A stretch of DNA of 64,000 nucleotides from Takakia lepidozioides (lineage: Eukaryota > Plantae > Bryophyta): contig CM060732.1 of assembly GCA_030704615.1 (NCBI GenBank), positions 19,902,001-19,966,000 of the forward strand, written 5' to 3'. A program made the translations under genes and the position numbers. The notes under the pieces are model-generated. The model made no database searches. It saw only the letters and a program-made list of their open reading frames with translations, and had not been told where the DNA came from. This document shows positions 1 through 11,929 of the stretch, one piece after another; the first letter of the stretch is position 1, and the number at the start of each line of letters is the position of its first letter.

Positions 1-59
1 CAATCAGACAGACTGTATGATCTGAACACCAGTGAATGACTGTACCGATAGTCACCAAC

Positions 60-557
60 TCATTGTGCTGTAAACCCTTCGTAGAGAAGTAGAAAGCAAA
101 TCACCTTTGTGATGGTTGGTAGCGACAATCCCTGTCTGGGACATTCCACTATCTTACTTACTGGCACCTTCTTAGGTTTTGAAATTTGATCCCCTTCTGC
201 AGCTTTCCTCTTCCCTCTCACATCTGCTGGAATTTCTGTCTGCGCTAGGGTTTCTTGACCTTCTCCCGGTTCGGCGTTCCGCGTGCTTCCACCTCCTTCA
301 ATGTCCCTGCGAATCATCTCTGCCTCCACAGGCTGGCGCACTCTTATCGCTGACTGTGTCACAGCCGCTGCCTCAGTCTCCGTCTGCTCTTGTGAATCAG
401 TCTCCGCGTTCACCTGCTGCCTTGGCCCTGTGTTCTCCAACAAACGACGCCTCGTCATTTTCTCTCTTGCTCTGCGTCTCTCTCTAAGGGAAGTATAATA
501 AAGTGACTTTCTTCTCTTTCGTATTCTAGAAGGAACCCTCTCCAGCTTGACTACCAC
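60..557 (-). CDS. Probable low-complexity 5' exon of the divergent cargo (ParB-MTase-type) gene of element 0; the gene runs off the window start
   Basis: Charged, K/R/E-rich ORF oriented divergently from the transposase at 1289, as the cargo gene is in element A. A GTAAGT donor follows ...KPKKVP (~162). No diagnostic domain is visible inside the window. Confidence 0.35.
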   Translation of the reverse strand: MVVKLERVPSRIRKRRKSLYYTSLRERRRAREKMTRRRLLENTGPRQQVNAETDSQEQTETEAAAVTQSAIRVRQPVEAEMIRRDIEGGGSTRNAEPGEGQETLAQTEIPADVRGKRKAAEGDQISKPKKVPVSKIVECPRQGLSLPTITKVICFLLLYEGFTAQ

Positions 558-1288
558 TCTCCCTCTAAGCGCGAAAAGTAGAAAAACGCAGTGACTCCCG
601 ATTTCTTGCGGGATTGTCTGCGTTCTTGCGTGTCTCTAGAAGCATCGGATTCCCTCCCGCGTGACCGTTACACATAGTCGTTCCCTTATTAGTGCACATG
701 CCAGCAATTGGTGTACAGCTGTTCGTATTCAGTTATGGATGTCTGACGTGTGTCGCCCAAAAAAAACGGCGTGTTCTTTATTAGAACGGTTTCAATATTT
801 AAAAATAACAGCAAATCCCAGAAATTTTGGCGCAGTCTTACACAAATAAATGTAAATGAACGAGAGTTTGATGACAAATCTTGGAATATCATACACGGTC
901 ATCCTTGTTAGCCAAACCCCACATTCGTTTCACATTTGGAACTTTCTAGGTGCGCATGATCATTGGTAGTAGTATATAGATACATTTACTTAATCTGCAA
1001 TCCCATTTTCAGATCCTGTGGCATGCTTCCAGGAAGTCGGCTTTGATTTTGGGTTTATTGATGAGGTTCTGGTTAACGGTTTTACGGCTGCCGACACTGC
1101 ACCTAGGGATACTCTGACCACTGGGCCCACAAGAAAAGTAATTAAAATGGACGGCTGCATATCAAGAAAGAATAACATAATATGCACAGTCGTTATCTGA
1201 GCTTCCTCCGCCATATTCTCTGCTCATTCTTCAACCGTTTTACACTAGATCTGCGATAGCAAGGTACAAACGTACGCGAGGAAGGAAG

Positions 1289-4200
1289 ATGGCTTCCTCT
1301 GAAGCGGAGTTCTTCTCTGACGACAAACCAGTGCCGTTCTCCCAGGAAGTCATTGACAATGGATTTGCAATTGTTCTGGAACATGTCTTGGCTACCCGTT
1401 TTCAGCTGCAGAATGGCTCCATCTTTTTGGAGAAAGAGGTGTACGATCTTAAAGGGAAGTTGGTGAAATATTCTTTCCAAAACCGTGATGAGACGGCTCA
1501 TATCAGCCAGTGGAGAGTGCGTCCTGGTCGATACAGAGTACTTGGAGAGCCTCGGCGAAAATCCCTTGGGTCATATGTGACGCCCGGGACTGATGCTTCG
1601 GTCGTTGAAGACAAGAGGGAGGTGGTGGTGAAAAAAGAACAGACGTCCTCCACTCCAATCGTTGAGCTTTCGGATTCTTCCGATGATGACATAAGTGAAA
1701 TTCCAAATCCAGTCCTCCCTACTGTGGTTGGAGAAGCTGATGAAGAAGAGATTTGTAGTGTCATTCCAAAATTGCGGGCGATGGGAGGAATGGCTGGATT
1801 CAAAAGTGAGTTGCGGGGAATTGATTGGGAATCTTTGAAGCAGGTGCCTGTGAAGTTCTTGCCGGAGACTTTTGATGGCGATATCCTATTCGAGCTGCCT
1901 CCTCCTCCGCGAGTTGGAGGTGTAACAATCATGATGCATGGAATGGACAAGAAACACGACGGGCACCCGTGGTGCAGAACAAAAATATCCAATATTCAGA
2001 ATGATGACAAGTTTGTTTTCAGGAGGACAGTTTGCAATGGACACCTTAGGTGTGATAATTTGAATTGCAGACACTTTCTTCAGTCTGGGGTTCATAATCA
2101 AAGCGAATGGGAGGGTCTGGCGGAAAATCCATTTCAGCCTGGGACTGCCCCTCCACCGGCAAACACTTTCGTCTGCAAATTCTGCAAACTTGTGCCATCC
2201 TGTTTGGCGCTCTGTGGAGCAAGAATGTACTATGTTGTCCACCGTTTGAATACAATGACGAGAGCTTGTGTGCATTTTGGATTCCATAACCATCCTGTCT
2301 CGAAGGGGGATTACAGGGAGAGTGTTGAGACAGTATCGAGGTTGATCAAACAGGAGTTCGGGAGAAACCCATCCGCAACAACATCTGCAATTGCTCTTGG
2401 CGCAAACAAATCCTTCTTGGAAAGCCATATTTTGAGTGAAGGAGATTCTGTGGGGACTAAACTTGACGGTGCAGCATTGGACCTGGTCATGGATCATTCT
2501 CCACTTTAAGTTCACCTAACATTCGGCATCAGATCAATGCATTGAGAATGGGCTCTGGGATCAGAGGCTACATAGACAATATTTTGGAATTGAAACGAGT
2601 GAGCAAGTACGATTACATCCAGGACAATGTATTCCCAGGTCAAGGTGCCATCAAAGTTTTTCTTTTCAAAATGTCGACTGTTGGGGAGGGCAGTGGGGTT
2701 AGCCTCGTGAAGCGGATGCAGAAGACTGGGGACTTGCAGAACTGTTTTCTTATGTTTGATCATGTGAAACGAGTGAAGGATTGGACGACAATGGCTTGTC
2801 ATGTCTACGATCCAGTGTACCAACGAATTATGACAATTGCAGTTTGTGACATGCAATCCGAGGATACGGAATCCCAGAAGCTCATGTGGAATTCCCCGAT
2901 ACGTGTCATGGGCTGCCATGGGCTGCCATCTCCAAATTTTGCAGGTTTCATGGCGGATAGTGCTCAAGCAAATTTCAATGCTGTTCGTATTGTCTTCGGA
3001 TCGGGCGACCCAAAAGTGCCTATGCCAGGAAGAGAGCGTACATGTCTATTCCATTGGACACAATCTCTGGAAAAACATACAAAGTCGGACATCAAACCAG
3101 AGATGCAGACTCAGCACCGTAAATTGTGCAAAGAGTACAAAGATGCTAGAACAATGAAGGAGGCGGACACTTTGTTCCAGACAATTCGTGCATGGTGGTT
3201 CTCTTCTGGAGCTGCATCACTTGAGAATATGCGAGCATTGGAAGATTGGCTGGCGTTTTGGCACTTCCGGTATAGACAGTGGGGAGCAGCCATGACAATG
3301 GTACGAGGCTTCTATTTTATGCTTTATTCATACATTTGCTTTCCATATTTTTGACTCATTGCTTTCTTTATGTTGTTTCCTGTGCACTGTTCTGAAGTGT
3401 GGTTATCCTCTTTGCAGAACATGTCCATTGAGGAAATGGCGGACATGCCATCTTGCAATTTGGCAGAAACTGTGCACAATGCATGGTTGCAGCAGTCTGG
3501 GAAACGAGGTCGGGATTTGTATGTGGCAACAACAGATGATTTGATACGTGCCTTACAACAACAAACCCGATACCGTGATTTCTTACGAGGTGGGGTTGGT
3601 GGCAAGGGTCCGGACAAATGGGAGTTGATGTTGCGTGCTGCAAACAGATCTGGGGATCCAATCAAGATAGCACGGGCGGTGAGCATGTATGCCCAGGGAA
3701 CGCCACTTGTTTCTAGAGTTCCACATCTTGAAGGGGAGGAGAGATTCGGCTCCTGTAAGAGGAAATTGAACACTCCACCTGGTTCGGATTCAGATTCCCA
3801 CAGGGCAGACCGTGATAACTTCTCGAAGCCTCGTGTTCCCCTGCATGACAGCTCCATGTCCGGAACCTCCATTGTGGAGGAACCTCCAACACGACGGCAA
3901 GCTCCAGCATCAAACAGTGTCACTGAAATGGTGCAGGAGAGAAACAACCCCCTTGATGTGCTTGAGTCCGCATGCCCCGACCATGTTTGGCACATAGAAC
4001 GCACAAGTGTAGGGTCTCGTGTGAAATGTACAGCGATCAGGGCAACTAATTTCGAGAAGTGCACTTCATCTATATCCAGAGGTGGTGCCCAAACTCCTGC
4101 TCCGACTTTCACGGGCTTGATGCGTCCATACGGTCAACCAGAAGCCAAGAACCACAAGTTCTGGTTCTGCACAGATGATTGTGCCAGATGTGTGCATGGA

Positions 4201-4802
4201 ACTGTGCGTCCTTCCGTAGTGATGAAGCCAACTCCTCCAACCGTTTGGCCCGTGAAGGTGGGAACACATCTCAGCTTTCAGGAGATTGAAATGCTGGAGG
4301 AGGCAGGTTTTTCCCTTGCGAGACAACCCCAACTCCATGCATGTGCTACTACTTCTGCGTCCTCCCGGGTCCCCCGGCAAATCCTGACTTGTGGCCAACC
4401 AAACGAGATGGAAAGCTCGTTCGGCGTTTCCCTCCAACCGCTGAACACTTTGGCAAAGTGGAGTCCGCAAGAATGCTCCAAGCTCATGTTGGAAGCACCA
4501 CGGAAGTACCCGATCCAGGATATGGTCGGGTATTCACAATCATCACTTCCACATCTGCTGTTCATGACAGGACCTACGACATCACGGTTTCCAATTTCCC
4601 CAATTGCACATGTCCTGATTTTGTGAATATGCTATCAACCAGTTTGGGCAAGAGAGGTAAATTCATACCCTGCAAACATTTGTATTTCATATTTTTGAGG
4701 AGGATGGTTTGCGATCCCAAACGTGACAACTTCATTCACCAGGCCACTATGAGTTTCAACGAGGTCGATACTCTTTTGCAGCGGGATACAACACATGGGT
4801 AG
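1289..4802 (+). pseudogene. Mutator-like transposase (GCM-like Zn finger, DDE core, extra Cys4 module, SWIM finger), frameshifted
   Basis: GCM/WRKY-like DGHPWC..CNGHLRC..C..C..C..HFGFHNHP; catalytic FLMFDH, FMADSAQA, CLFH, NLAETVH; SWIM CTCPDF..CKHLY. Phase-0 intron 3301-3417 (GT..CAG). Frameshifts near 2495 and 4350 relative to the element A copy. Confidence 0.88.
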
Positions 4803-5427
4803 CATGAACTATGTAATGTGGTATGTGGATGACCATGATTTGAAATGTGTAATTCACATCAATTCGTCGGCTGTGCAATGATATGGCCTCCAACTATACG
4901 GAGTGAGCTCTGAGTGACAACTTTTAGGTAGTGCACATTTGTCATTGCACCGTTCGAAGTCTACATGTCTTGCTGTCGCTATGCACTACAATCATCTTTT
5001 GAAGATGATCCTAACTCTCATTGTTATTTGAGGAGGGAGGAAGGTCTTCCCGTGGCAGCCTTTATGGCGCACACTTTGTGAGGATATTTTGTCGTCCTCG
5101 TAATTGTAAAAGTGAAACAAGCATTTGTAATTGCACAATGTTGGATGCTGCAATTGTAGGCCTCAATGCTCGTCTTGATTCTATTTAGGCAAGATTCCCT
5201 GCATTAATTCCACGGTCATAGGACCATCCACGGTTATAGGCGGCGCATGTTAATGGTGACGTGGCAGATGACGGACAGTGCCATTTCATCATTTACCGCC
5301 ACATCAGCATGCTGACATGACGCTCACGCCACGTCAGTGTGTGTGCAGGCTCACGCCACGTCGGCTGGCGTGAGCGTACGCTTGCGCGCTCACGCGCAAC
5401 GCTCACGCGCAACGCTCACGCCATTGC

Positions 5428-7120
5428 GTCGTTGGCAAAAAAAAGGCACGTTCCTCCTGCCCATGAACTCCGGTGTAGACGTCCCTCCGGCAGTACTTGG
5501 CATCCTACAGTAAGAACAAATCCACTTCAAGAATGTCAATACCAGCACAACCAGAAAGGGTTTTCAATGAAATAAGAGAGCGGAGGGAGGTGCCTCACGA
5601 AATCTGGAGGCAACTTACAATGCCACCACTCACTCGTAAACCGGGGGCTCCTCGGCCTCGATCCCAACTTCCTCCCCCTGCTCCTTCTCGGATTTTTCCT
5701 CATCCTCCGAGGATGCCTCTTCCTCTTTCGGCAGACGTTCAGCCGCTGCAAGTTCCGAGTTGTGGAGGGCAGTATCTGGCTCGAAGGCGAACACATGCCT
5801 GTCGGACAACGTCCCTGCCCACATTGAAGCACCTGAGGAACAAAGTGGGCGGTTAATAGCTTGCGGCATGCAATTGCAATCGGGCCAGGGGACAAACTGA
5901 TCACGTGAAGGCTTACCCGTGCCGCATGTGAGGTCCAGAATCCACCCTTGGACATCCGAGCACGTCTCCATGAGGGTTTGGATGAAAGCAGGGCTCCGGG
6001 TCCGGCTGTACCGCCACGGTTTGCCTGTCTTTGTGTCCTTCGGCATACTGGAGTGGGGCACATAGTTGTAGAGGACATCGTAGGTTACAAGGTCCACAAC
6101 GGCATCAACAAGACGACCGTCGTTGCGGAATTTGAACGTAGACCCTCTCTTCACAAAGCAATATGCCTCAAACACCAATGTCTACACATCCAACAAAGAA
6201 GGGATCAACTCTAGGGTCTACTTAACATACACCACAATATGAAGTGAATGCAATAGATTGATAACTTATACTTTGGCCCTCTGTTCGCAACCCCTGTGTA
6301 CTGATGCAGAACCATTTTCTGAGGAGGACCGGGGTGACACTTTTCGGTGTCCATCTTGCCACCGCATTCTCTGTGGTCTTCCCTCTCGTGGCAAGGACAA
6401 CCACACATCCACCGTCATCCAGAAGCATCCCCGCCAGCCCAAACCCGGCTTTCCAGTAGTCCTAAGTAAACCTGTTCCAGGTGGGCACACCATCCAGGCC
6501 CTTCAGCAGCTCCCCATCTGGAATGTCGAGGAGAATCATGTCGCAAGCTCTCTCCACCTCAACCCCCCCCCCCCGAGTGCTCTTGCAATTCGTGCTCACA
6601 GCCGTGAAGAATTCCATCATGGCTTCAAAACCAGGGGTGTCTTTAGGCTCTGTACCGCCAGCCCTCTTCTTGGCTTTCCCCTTCTGCTCCGCCAGAGACT
6701 TGTTGTGTGCCACCTTCTTCGCCCTAGTAGCGAGAGCGTCAAGGAAGCTCTCATTGACGCATTGGATGATGGTTGGAGGTTCTAGCTTTGGCCTGTGCGT
6801 AAACGTCACCGCCGAATACCGCCGTGTAGGCTCGCCCTCAAATGCCAACTTCTTGGCAGAGCCAGTCCCACTCTGAACTGACTTGGGAACCCGGACGACC
6901 GGTGACTGGGTAGGAGCAACAACAGTTGCAGGACCTTGAACAAAGTCGTCGTCCGAGTCACTCTCTTGGGTCCCCTCCTGCGCCTCCTCCGATGCCCCGA
7001 TGGTTTTCTTCTTTTTGGGTGTTACTGCACTCACCTATTTCCTTGTCATTTTCCTTTGGCCTTTACTCTTCTCATGCAATTTCTCCTGAATTCCTGTCTG
7101 AGCAAGCTCTGCCGCTTTCC
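5428..7120 (-). pseudogene. Cargo gene A, 3' part: beta-class N4-C/N6-A DNA methyltransferase-like domain
   Basis: Exons give MILLDIPDG..PTWNRFT*DYW..LDDGG.., then RSPAFIQTLMETCSDVQGWILDLTCGTG|ASM..LSDRHVFAFEPD. This is beta-class order (motif IV before motifs X-I-II, Pfam N6_N4_Mtase-like). In-frame TAGs at 6462 and ~7035. Confidence 0.78.
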
Positions 7121-7129
7121 TGGAGTTCG

Positions 7130-7750
7130 CAAGCGGCGCCGAATTTCAGTTTTCGGTGACTGCCACCCTAGGGACTTAGCCATCTTGGGAGCCCTGAACT
7201 GGAAATTCGGCGCCATTTTTCCCGGTTTGGCCTGAAGATGGCTAAGTCCCAGAACCGCAATAGGGCCTAGAACTGAAAAAATGGCGTCGAATTTCCAATT
7301 CAGGGCCAGCCACCCTAGGGACTTAGCCCGAAAATGGCTAAGTCCCTGAACGGCAATAGGGCCTAGAACTGGAAAATGGCGCCGAATTTCCAGTTCAGGG
7401 CCAGCCACCCTAGGGACTTAGCCCGAAAATGGCTAAGTCCCTGAACGGCAATAGGGCCTAGAACTGGAAAATGGCGCCGAATTTCCAGTTCAGGGCCAGC
7501 CACCCTAGGGACTTAGCCCGAAAATGGTTAAGTCCCTGAACGGCAATAGGGCCTAGAACTGGAAAATGGCGCCGAATTTCCAGTTCGGGGCCAGCCAGTC
7601 TAGGGACTTAGCCCGAAAATGGCCAAGTCCCTGAACGGCAATAGGGCCTAGAACTGGAAAATGGCGCCGAATTTCCAGTTCAGGGCCAGCCAGTCTAGGG
7701 ACTTAGCCATTTTCGGAGCCCTGACTGGAAATTCGGCGCCATTTTCCCTA
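7130..7750. repeat. 95-bp tandem array (~5 units) inside cargo gene A
   Basis: Unit starts at 7373, 7468, 7563. Each unit has AAAATGGCGCCGAATTTCC and the hairpin GGGACTTAGCC-cgaaaat-GGCTAAGTCCC. Confidence 0.92.
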
Positions 7751-7814
7751 ACACCACATGAGGCCTCTAACATCCTGAAATGCAAGGACTTGAAAGAAAG
7801 GCAGCGTGTATGTA

Positions 7815-10800
7815 CCTGTACAGAAGGCGCATTGCTGCTTTGCCCGCGTTCGGCTGGTCGGTGAACTCGTGGCTCCGGCGAGCATCTGCTATCTCCCGAA
7901 AGAATAGGTTGGTTTTGTAGAGCAGAAAGTACCTCGTCACATAGTCACGTAGGCTCTCTGCTGCAAGAGATATCTCCATCTTGAACTGATGTGCTTGTGT
8001 GTCCAGCTGCTCTTGCGCATTCGTCGTCACCTGTGGAGATTCTCCATCAGATCGCTTTCATGAAAAAATACAATGAATCCACCCCCTACTAGAGTAGAAT
8101 CCCCAAACGAAGCGTGGGGAAGTACCTGAAACCACCATGTCATGCGGTTCATCCACATGTCGAATGTGGGGTCAGAGAGTTTGTCCGGTTTGGGGAAGCT
8201 CCACATGTCCCTGGTACTTTGGGAACCATTCCAGATTTGGAGCCACCGGGTCTGTCCAACCACCCAGCATATTCGTAAGCGCCAAACACCACAAAAAAGA
8301 GTTGTTGCCACCACAATTTGGTTAAGAATGTATCATCTTTTCTGTTGCATCCACACAGGATGTGGCTAGACGATGGAGCTTCTCCAATGTCATCGTGGGC
8401 TTCAGAGCACGAGAGTAGTGCTTCCCCACCTCCACCAGAAAGTCGGCACCAAGGGCGGGATCAGCTATGGCCACATACTTTACCATCCGCGACTTGTACT
8501 TTATGCGGGCCCTCACCTCCGCAGCTTTGACATACTATTCGAGTGCCGGGAGGGTTGGATTCTTCTCCTCTGACTCCATGTAGAACCTCCGCGCATGTGC
8601 CAAATCCTGCTGCATTTTCGTCTGTCAAGAATGCGCACATAAGATTAGAGATCTTGCTCAACACAATTTCTTCTATTGGGGGAGGAGATTAGAAATCACG
8701 GTGAAGACCTTTTCTTCTATTGGGGGAGGAGAGACAGATTAGCTCAACAAAACTATCAGGAGCTTTACCCGAAATATGTAGTCCACCATGGCGTCGACGC
8801 TCAGCCTATACCAGGTTCTGTCTGCCTTTGCCTCCGACTTGCGCAGGAGGTCGGCACTGAGGGAATTGGCAAACTCTTGCACCCCCTGCTTCCTGACATC
8901 CTTCACTCAGAAGAGCATATGGGACAAGTTGGTGGCAATGAAGGCATTCTCAGTCACCTTGCAGTGCCACATTTCCATCAAACAATACTGAAATGGGAAT
9001 TTTCATCATATATGAGGATTCGCAATGAAATGACTTCCAAATTCAAAGTCCAAAAGCGAGAGGCATTGTAGCTTACGAGTTGATGTCCGCCATTGCAGCT
9101 TTGAGAAGACTGCGATCTTTGGGCCCCGCAACCTTCAGCACAACACAATCCACGGCGAAATGCCAATCGAGGTCGTTGGGGTGGGCTTGGGCAATGTGCT
9201 CCATCCATGCCAGGAGGCAATGATTGCCGTCCCACACGTAGAACATCTTACCGGACAAGTGCTGGAAAAGATGATCACTAGCAATCGATCTCTCGAACTC
9301 CTCATTTCGCGTTTGCCAATGGGGACCCCATTTGTCCACCTCATCGGAAGTGTGGGCACGGGAAGCTCCGTGGTCGTTCTCAATGGAAACGTAAAACGCG
9401 GCAGACCCCATTCGATATCCATCCCGGAAAGAGAATTTCAGCTTGTTGATATCGCCTGGGAGGGCAGGTCTCACCACCTGCAATGACACCAAGCGACAAA
9501 GGGGAATTCGAAGCTTGGCCGGGTACACCATGCCCCCCAGCACCCTGCCAATGTTGCTATGGGTTGCCTCCAACATCTTGGCAGCGGCCAACTTCATATC
9601 CGCCTCAGACATGACGTCTGCTGGAGAGGGGTTTTCCGGCAGCCCACCAGGACCGCCAAATCCAGCCTGTATGCTCCGGGTTTGGGGCCTGGGGATGTCC
9701 GGGAGGATGTCATCCTGGTCAGAAAGCTCCTTGTCGTCCTCCTCAACAGGGTCAGCCACCTGCGAAACCACCTCCAGCACTCTCCCCGTCTCTACTGCCC
9801 TCTCCCTGGCTTCGAACTTGCACAATCCGTGCTCTTTCTGGTGTTCTTTCCTCTCCTCCACTCTCCACCGTATGGGTAATTGCAGGGGCTGCTCTTGCCC
9901 GCGATGGTCTAACCGGTGTGTTACTGCCTCTCTGTGGTGTCTTGGAGGGATCCACCGTCTCTGTGCGTCCCTCGCTTACATTGGCATCTGTCATTTGGGC
10001 ACCCCTGGCCTCTTCAGTGGCCTTTTCTCTTTCCTCCTGGCTAGCATTCTGTCTCGTCTATTCTTTTGCCCTCTCCCCCCTCCGCAGCCCGTGACGGCTC
10101 TCTCGCCGGGGATTGCATGTGCTTAGCTTTCTTCTTTTTCTTTGCGTGGGCGGGCCCTACTGCATGTGCATCAACAACCTCCATTGCCGGATCTGCTGTC
10201 CTCATGTCCTCACGCCCTTCACCTGCCATGCTACCAACCTCCCCAATGCCTATTCTGTCGTACTCTCGTTGCAAGTCCTCCCGTCCACCAACAAAAGGTT
10301 TAAGTTTGCCCTCTCGCCCCAAGTTGGGCGATTCAAACATGCGATGAGTTGGAGCTGTCGATGATACCACCAGCGTGTCGGGCTCATCGTCACTCTGTCA
10401 TTCCCAAAAATCGTGAGAACCAACATCGGTGCAAAAACCAGCATCGCAACGAGCAGCGCAACCACCATAGCAACAATCGTGTAACAAAAATGGAAACATA
10501 ACAAGTTTAGGAAGTATGGAGAGCCATGCAACAACAATGAAAACAAATGCAACCATTGCCTGAGAATGACATGCACAAGCAGCCTTCTCCAGAGCTGCCG
10601 GATTTGCACACGCATTGCAAACAATCTAAGGTTCACTCAACTATCTAAGGTTCACTCATCCAGCGAAGCCAGGATGAAGATGCAAAAACAAAGCGAGGCA
10701 ACAAAGCGAAAGCAAAAAAGAAATCGAACAAAGCGAAAGCAGAAGTGGCTTGCCTGAGAGTACTCGGCTTCAGTTGGCGCGGGTTGTGAGCAAGACACGG

Positions 10801-10900
10801 AATCTCCTACTGGAGCTTCAGTTTGGCCATGCGAGAGATTGGCCGTCGTCCGTAGTACAGAGCTTTCAACTTCCACCGCGGTCTGGATGTGAGGTCTCTC
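7815..10900 (-). pseudogene. Cargo gene A, 5' part: ParB/Srx-fold domain plus helical region (multi-exon)
   Basis: IPLCRLVSLQVVRPA..MFYVWDGNHCLLAW..AAMADIN|gt. Downstream exons (TNLSHMLF*V..TWYRL, EKLHRLAT, WLQIWN..DMWM, FFREIA..LLYR|gt) align exon for exon with copy B. The 5' start is approximate. Confidence 0.75.
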
Positions 10901-11149
10901 TCAGGAGAGCCACGCCCTTCAGGCGGCATAAGTCCCAGCCAAAATGGAAAAAGATCTCCGTTTTTGGGGTACATGCCTCGAATAGCATGTTAAGCCAAGA
11001 TTAGCATCAGATTTAGGGTACGTATCCAAGAAGCCATGTGTCGCCAGCCCGAATGAAAACGGACGGCGGTGGACATTTATTGCCCAACTGCGCAATTAAA
11101 TGTCGGAAGAAGCCCTCCATGTCGGATGAAAATCGACGGAAAGAGGCCC

Positions 11150-11770
11150 GGAATTTACAACGTAGAGGTAATTCGGAGCGCTGCACGATGGAAATCCGGC
11201 GCCGGATTTCCATCCTGCAGGTAATTTGGAGCGCAGCAGGATGGAAATTCATCGCCGAATTTGCATCCTGCAAGGTAGGGCGGTGCGCCAAATTTCCCTC
11301 ACGCAGGTAATTCAGAAGCGGATGGATGGAAATCCGCCGCCAGATTTCCATCCGCGCAGGTAGGGCGGCGCGCCAAATTTCCCGGACGCAGGTAATTCAG
11401 AAGCGGATGGATGGAAATCCGGCGCCGGATTTCCATCCGCGCAGGTAGGGCGGCGCGCCAAATTTCCCTCACGCAGGTAATTCAGAAGCGGATTGATGGA
11501 AATCCGGCGCCGGATTTCCATCCGCGCAGGTAGGGCGGCGCGTGAAATTTCCCTCAAGCAGGTAATTCGGAGGCAGATGGATGGAAATCCGGCGCCGGAT
11601 TTCCATCCGCAAGGTTGGGCGGAGAGCGGATGGATGGAGATCCGGCGCCGAATTTCCATCCTGCAGGTAATTCGAATCCCGGATGGATGGAAATCTGGCG
11701 CCGAATTTCCATCCAGCCGGTAAGTCGGATCGCTGGCGTATGGATATTCGGCGCCGAATTTCCATTCACC
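11150..11770. repeat. 85-bp tandem array containing a 30-bp palindrome
   Basis: GGATGGAAATCCGGCGCCGGATTTCCATCC recurs; unit starts 11320 and 11405. Confidence 0.9.
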
Positions 11771-11929
11771 AGGTATTTCGAAGCGCTGAATTACCTTCCT
11801 GCAGGTAATTCTGAGCGTGTCCGATTGATTTTTCGGAGAAAAACAAACCTAACTGTTTGTTTTGTGGCTGAAGTGCACTTGTAGACACGTTTTTCTTGGA
11901 ATCCTTGACTGCTAGAGGCAAATCGGAAT

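Larger units (their letters stand above)
1..5427 (+). mobile_element. MULE-like DNA transposon, element 0 (right part only)
   Basis: Transposase at 1289-4802. Subterminal CCACGGT(C/T)ATAGG and GCTCACG repeats at ~5210-5427 end in GCTCACGCCATTGC, matching the termini at 17517 and 40055. Confidence 0.7.

Noticed and set aside
5428-10900. ParB/MTase region as bacterial or phage contamination
   Set aside because: It has spliceosomal introns at conserved positions and is interleaved with plant TEs.
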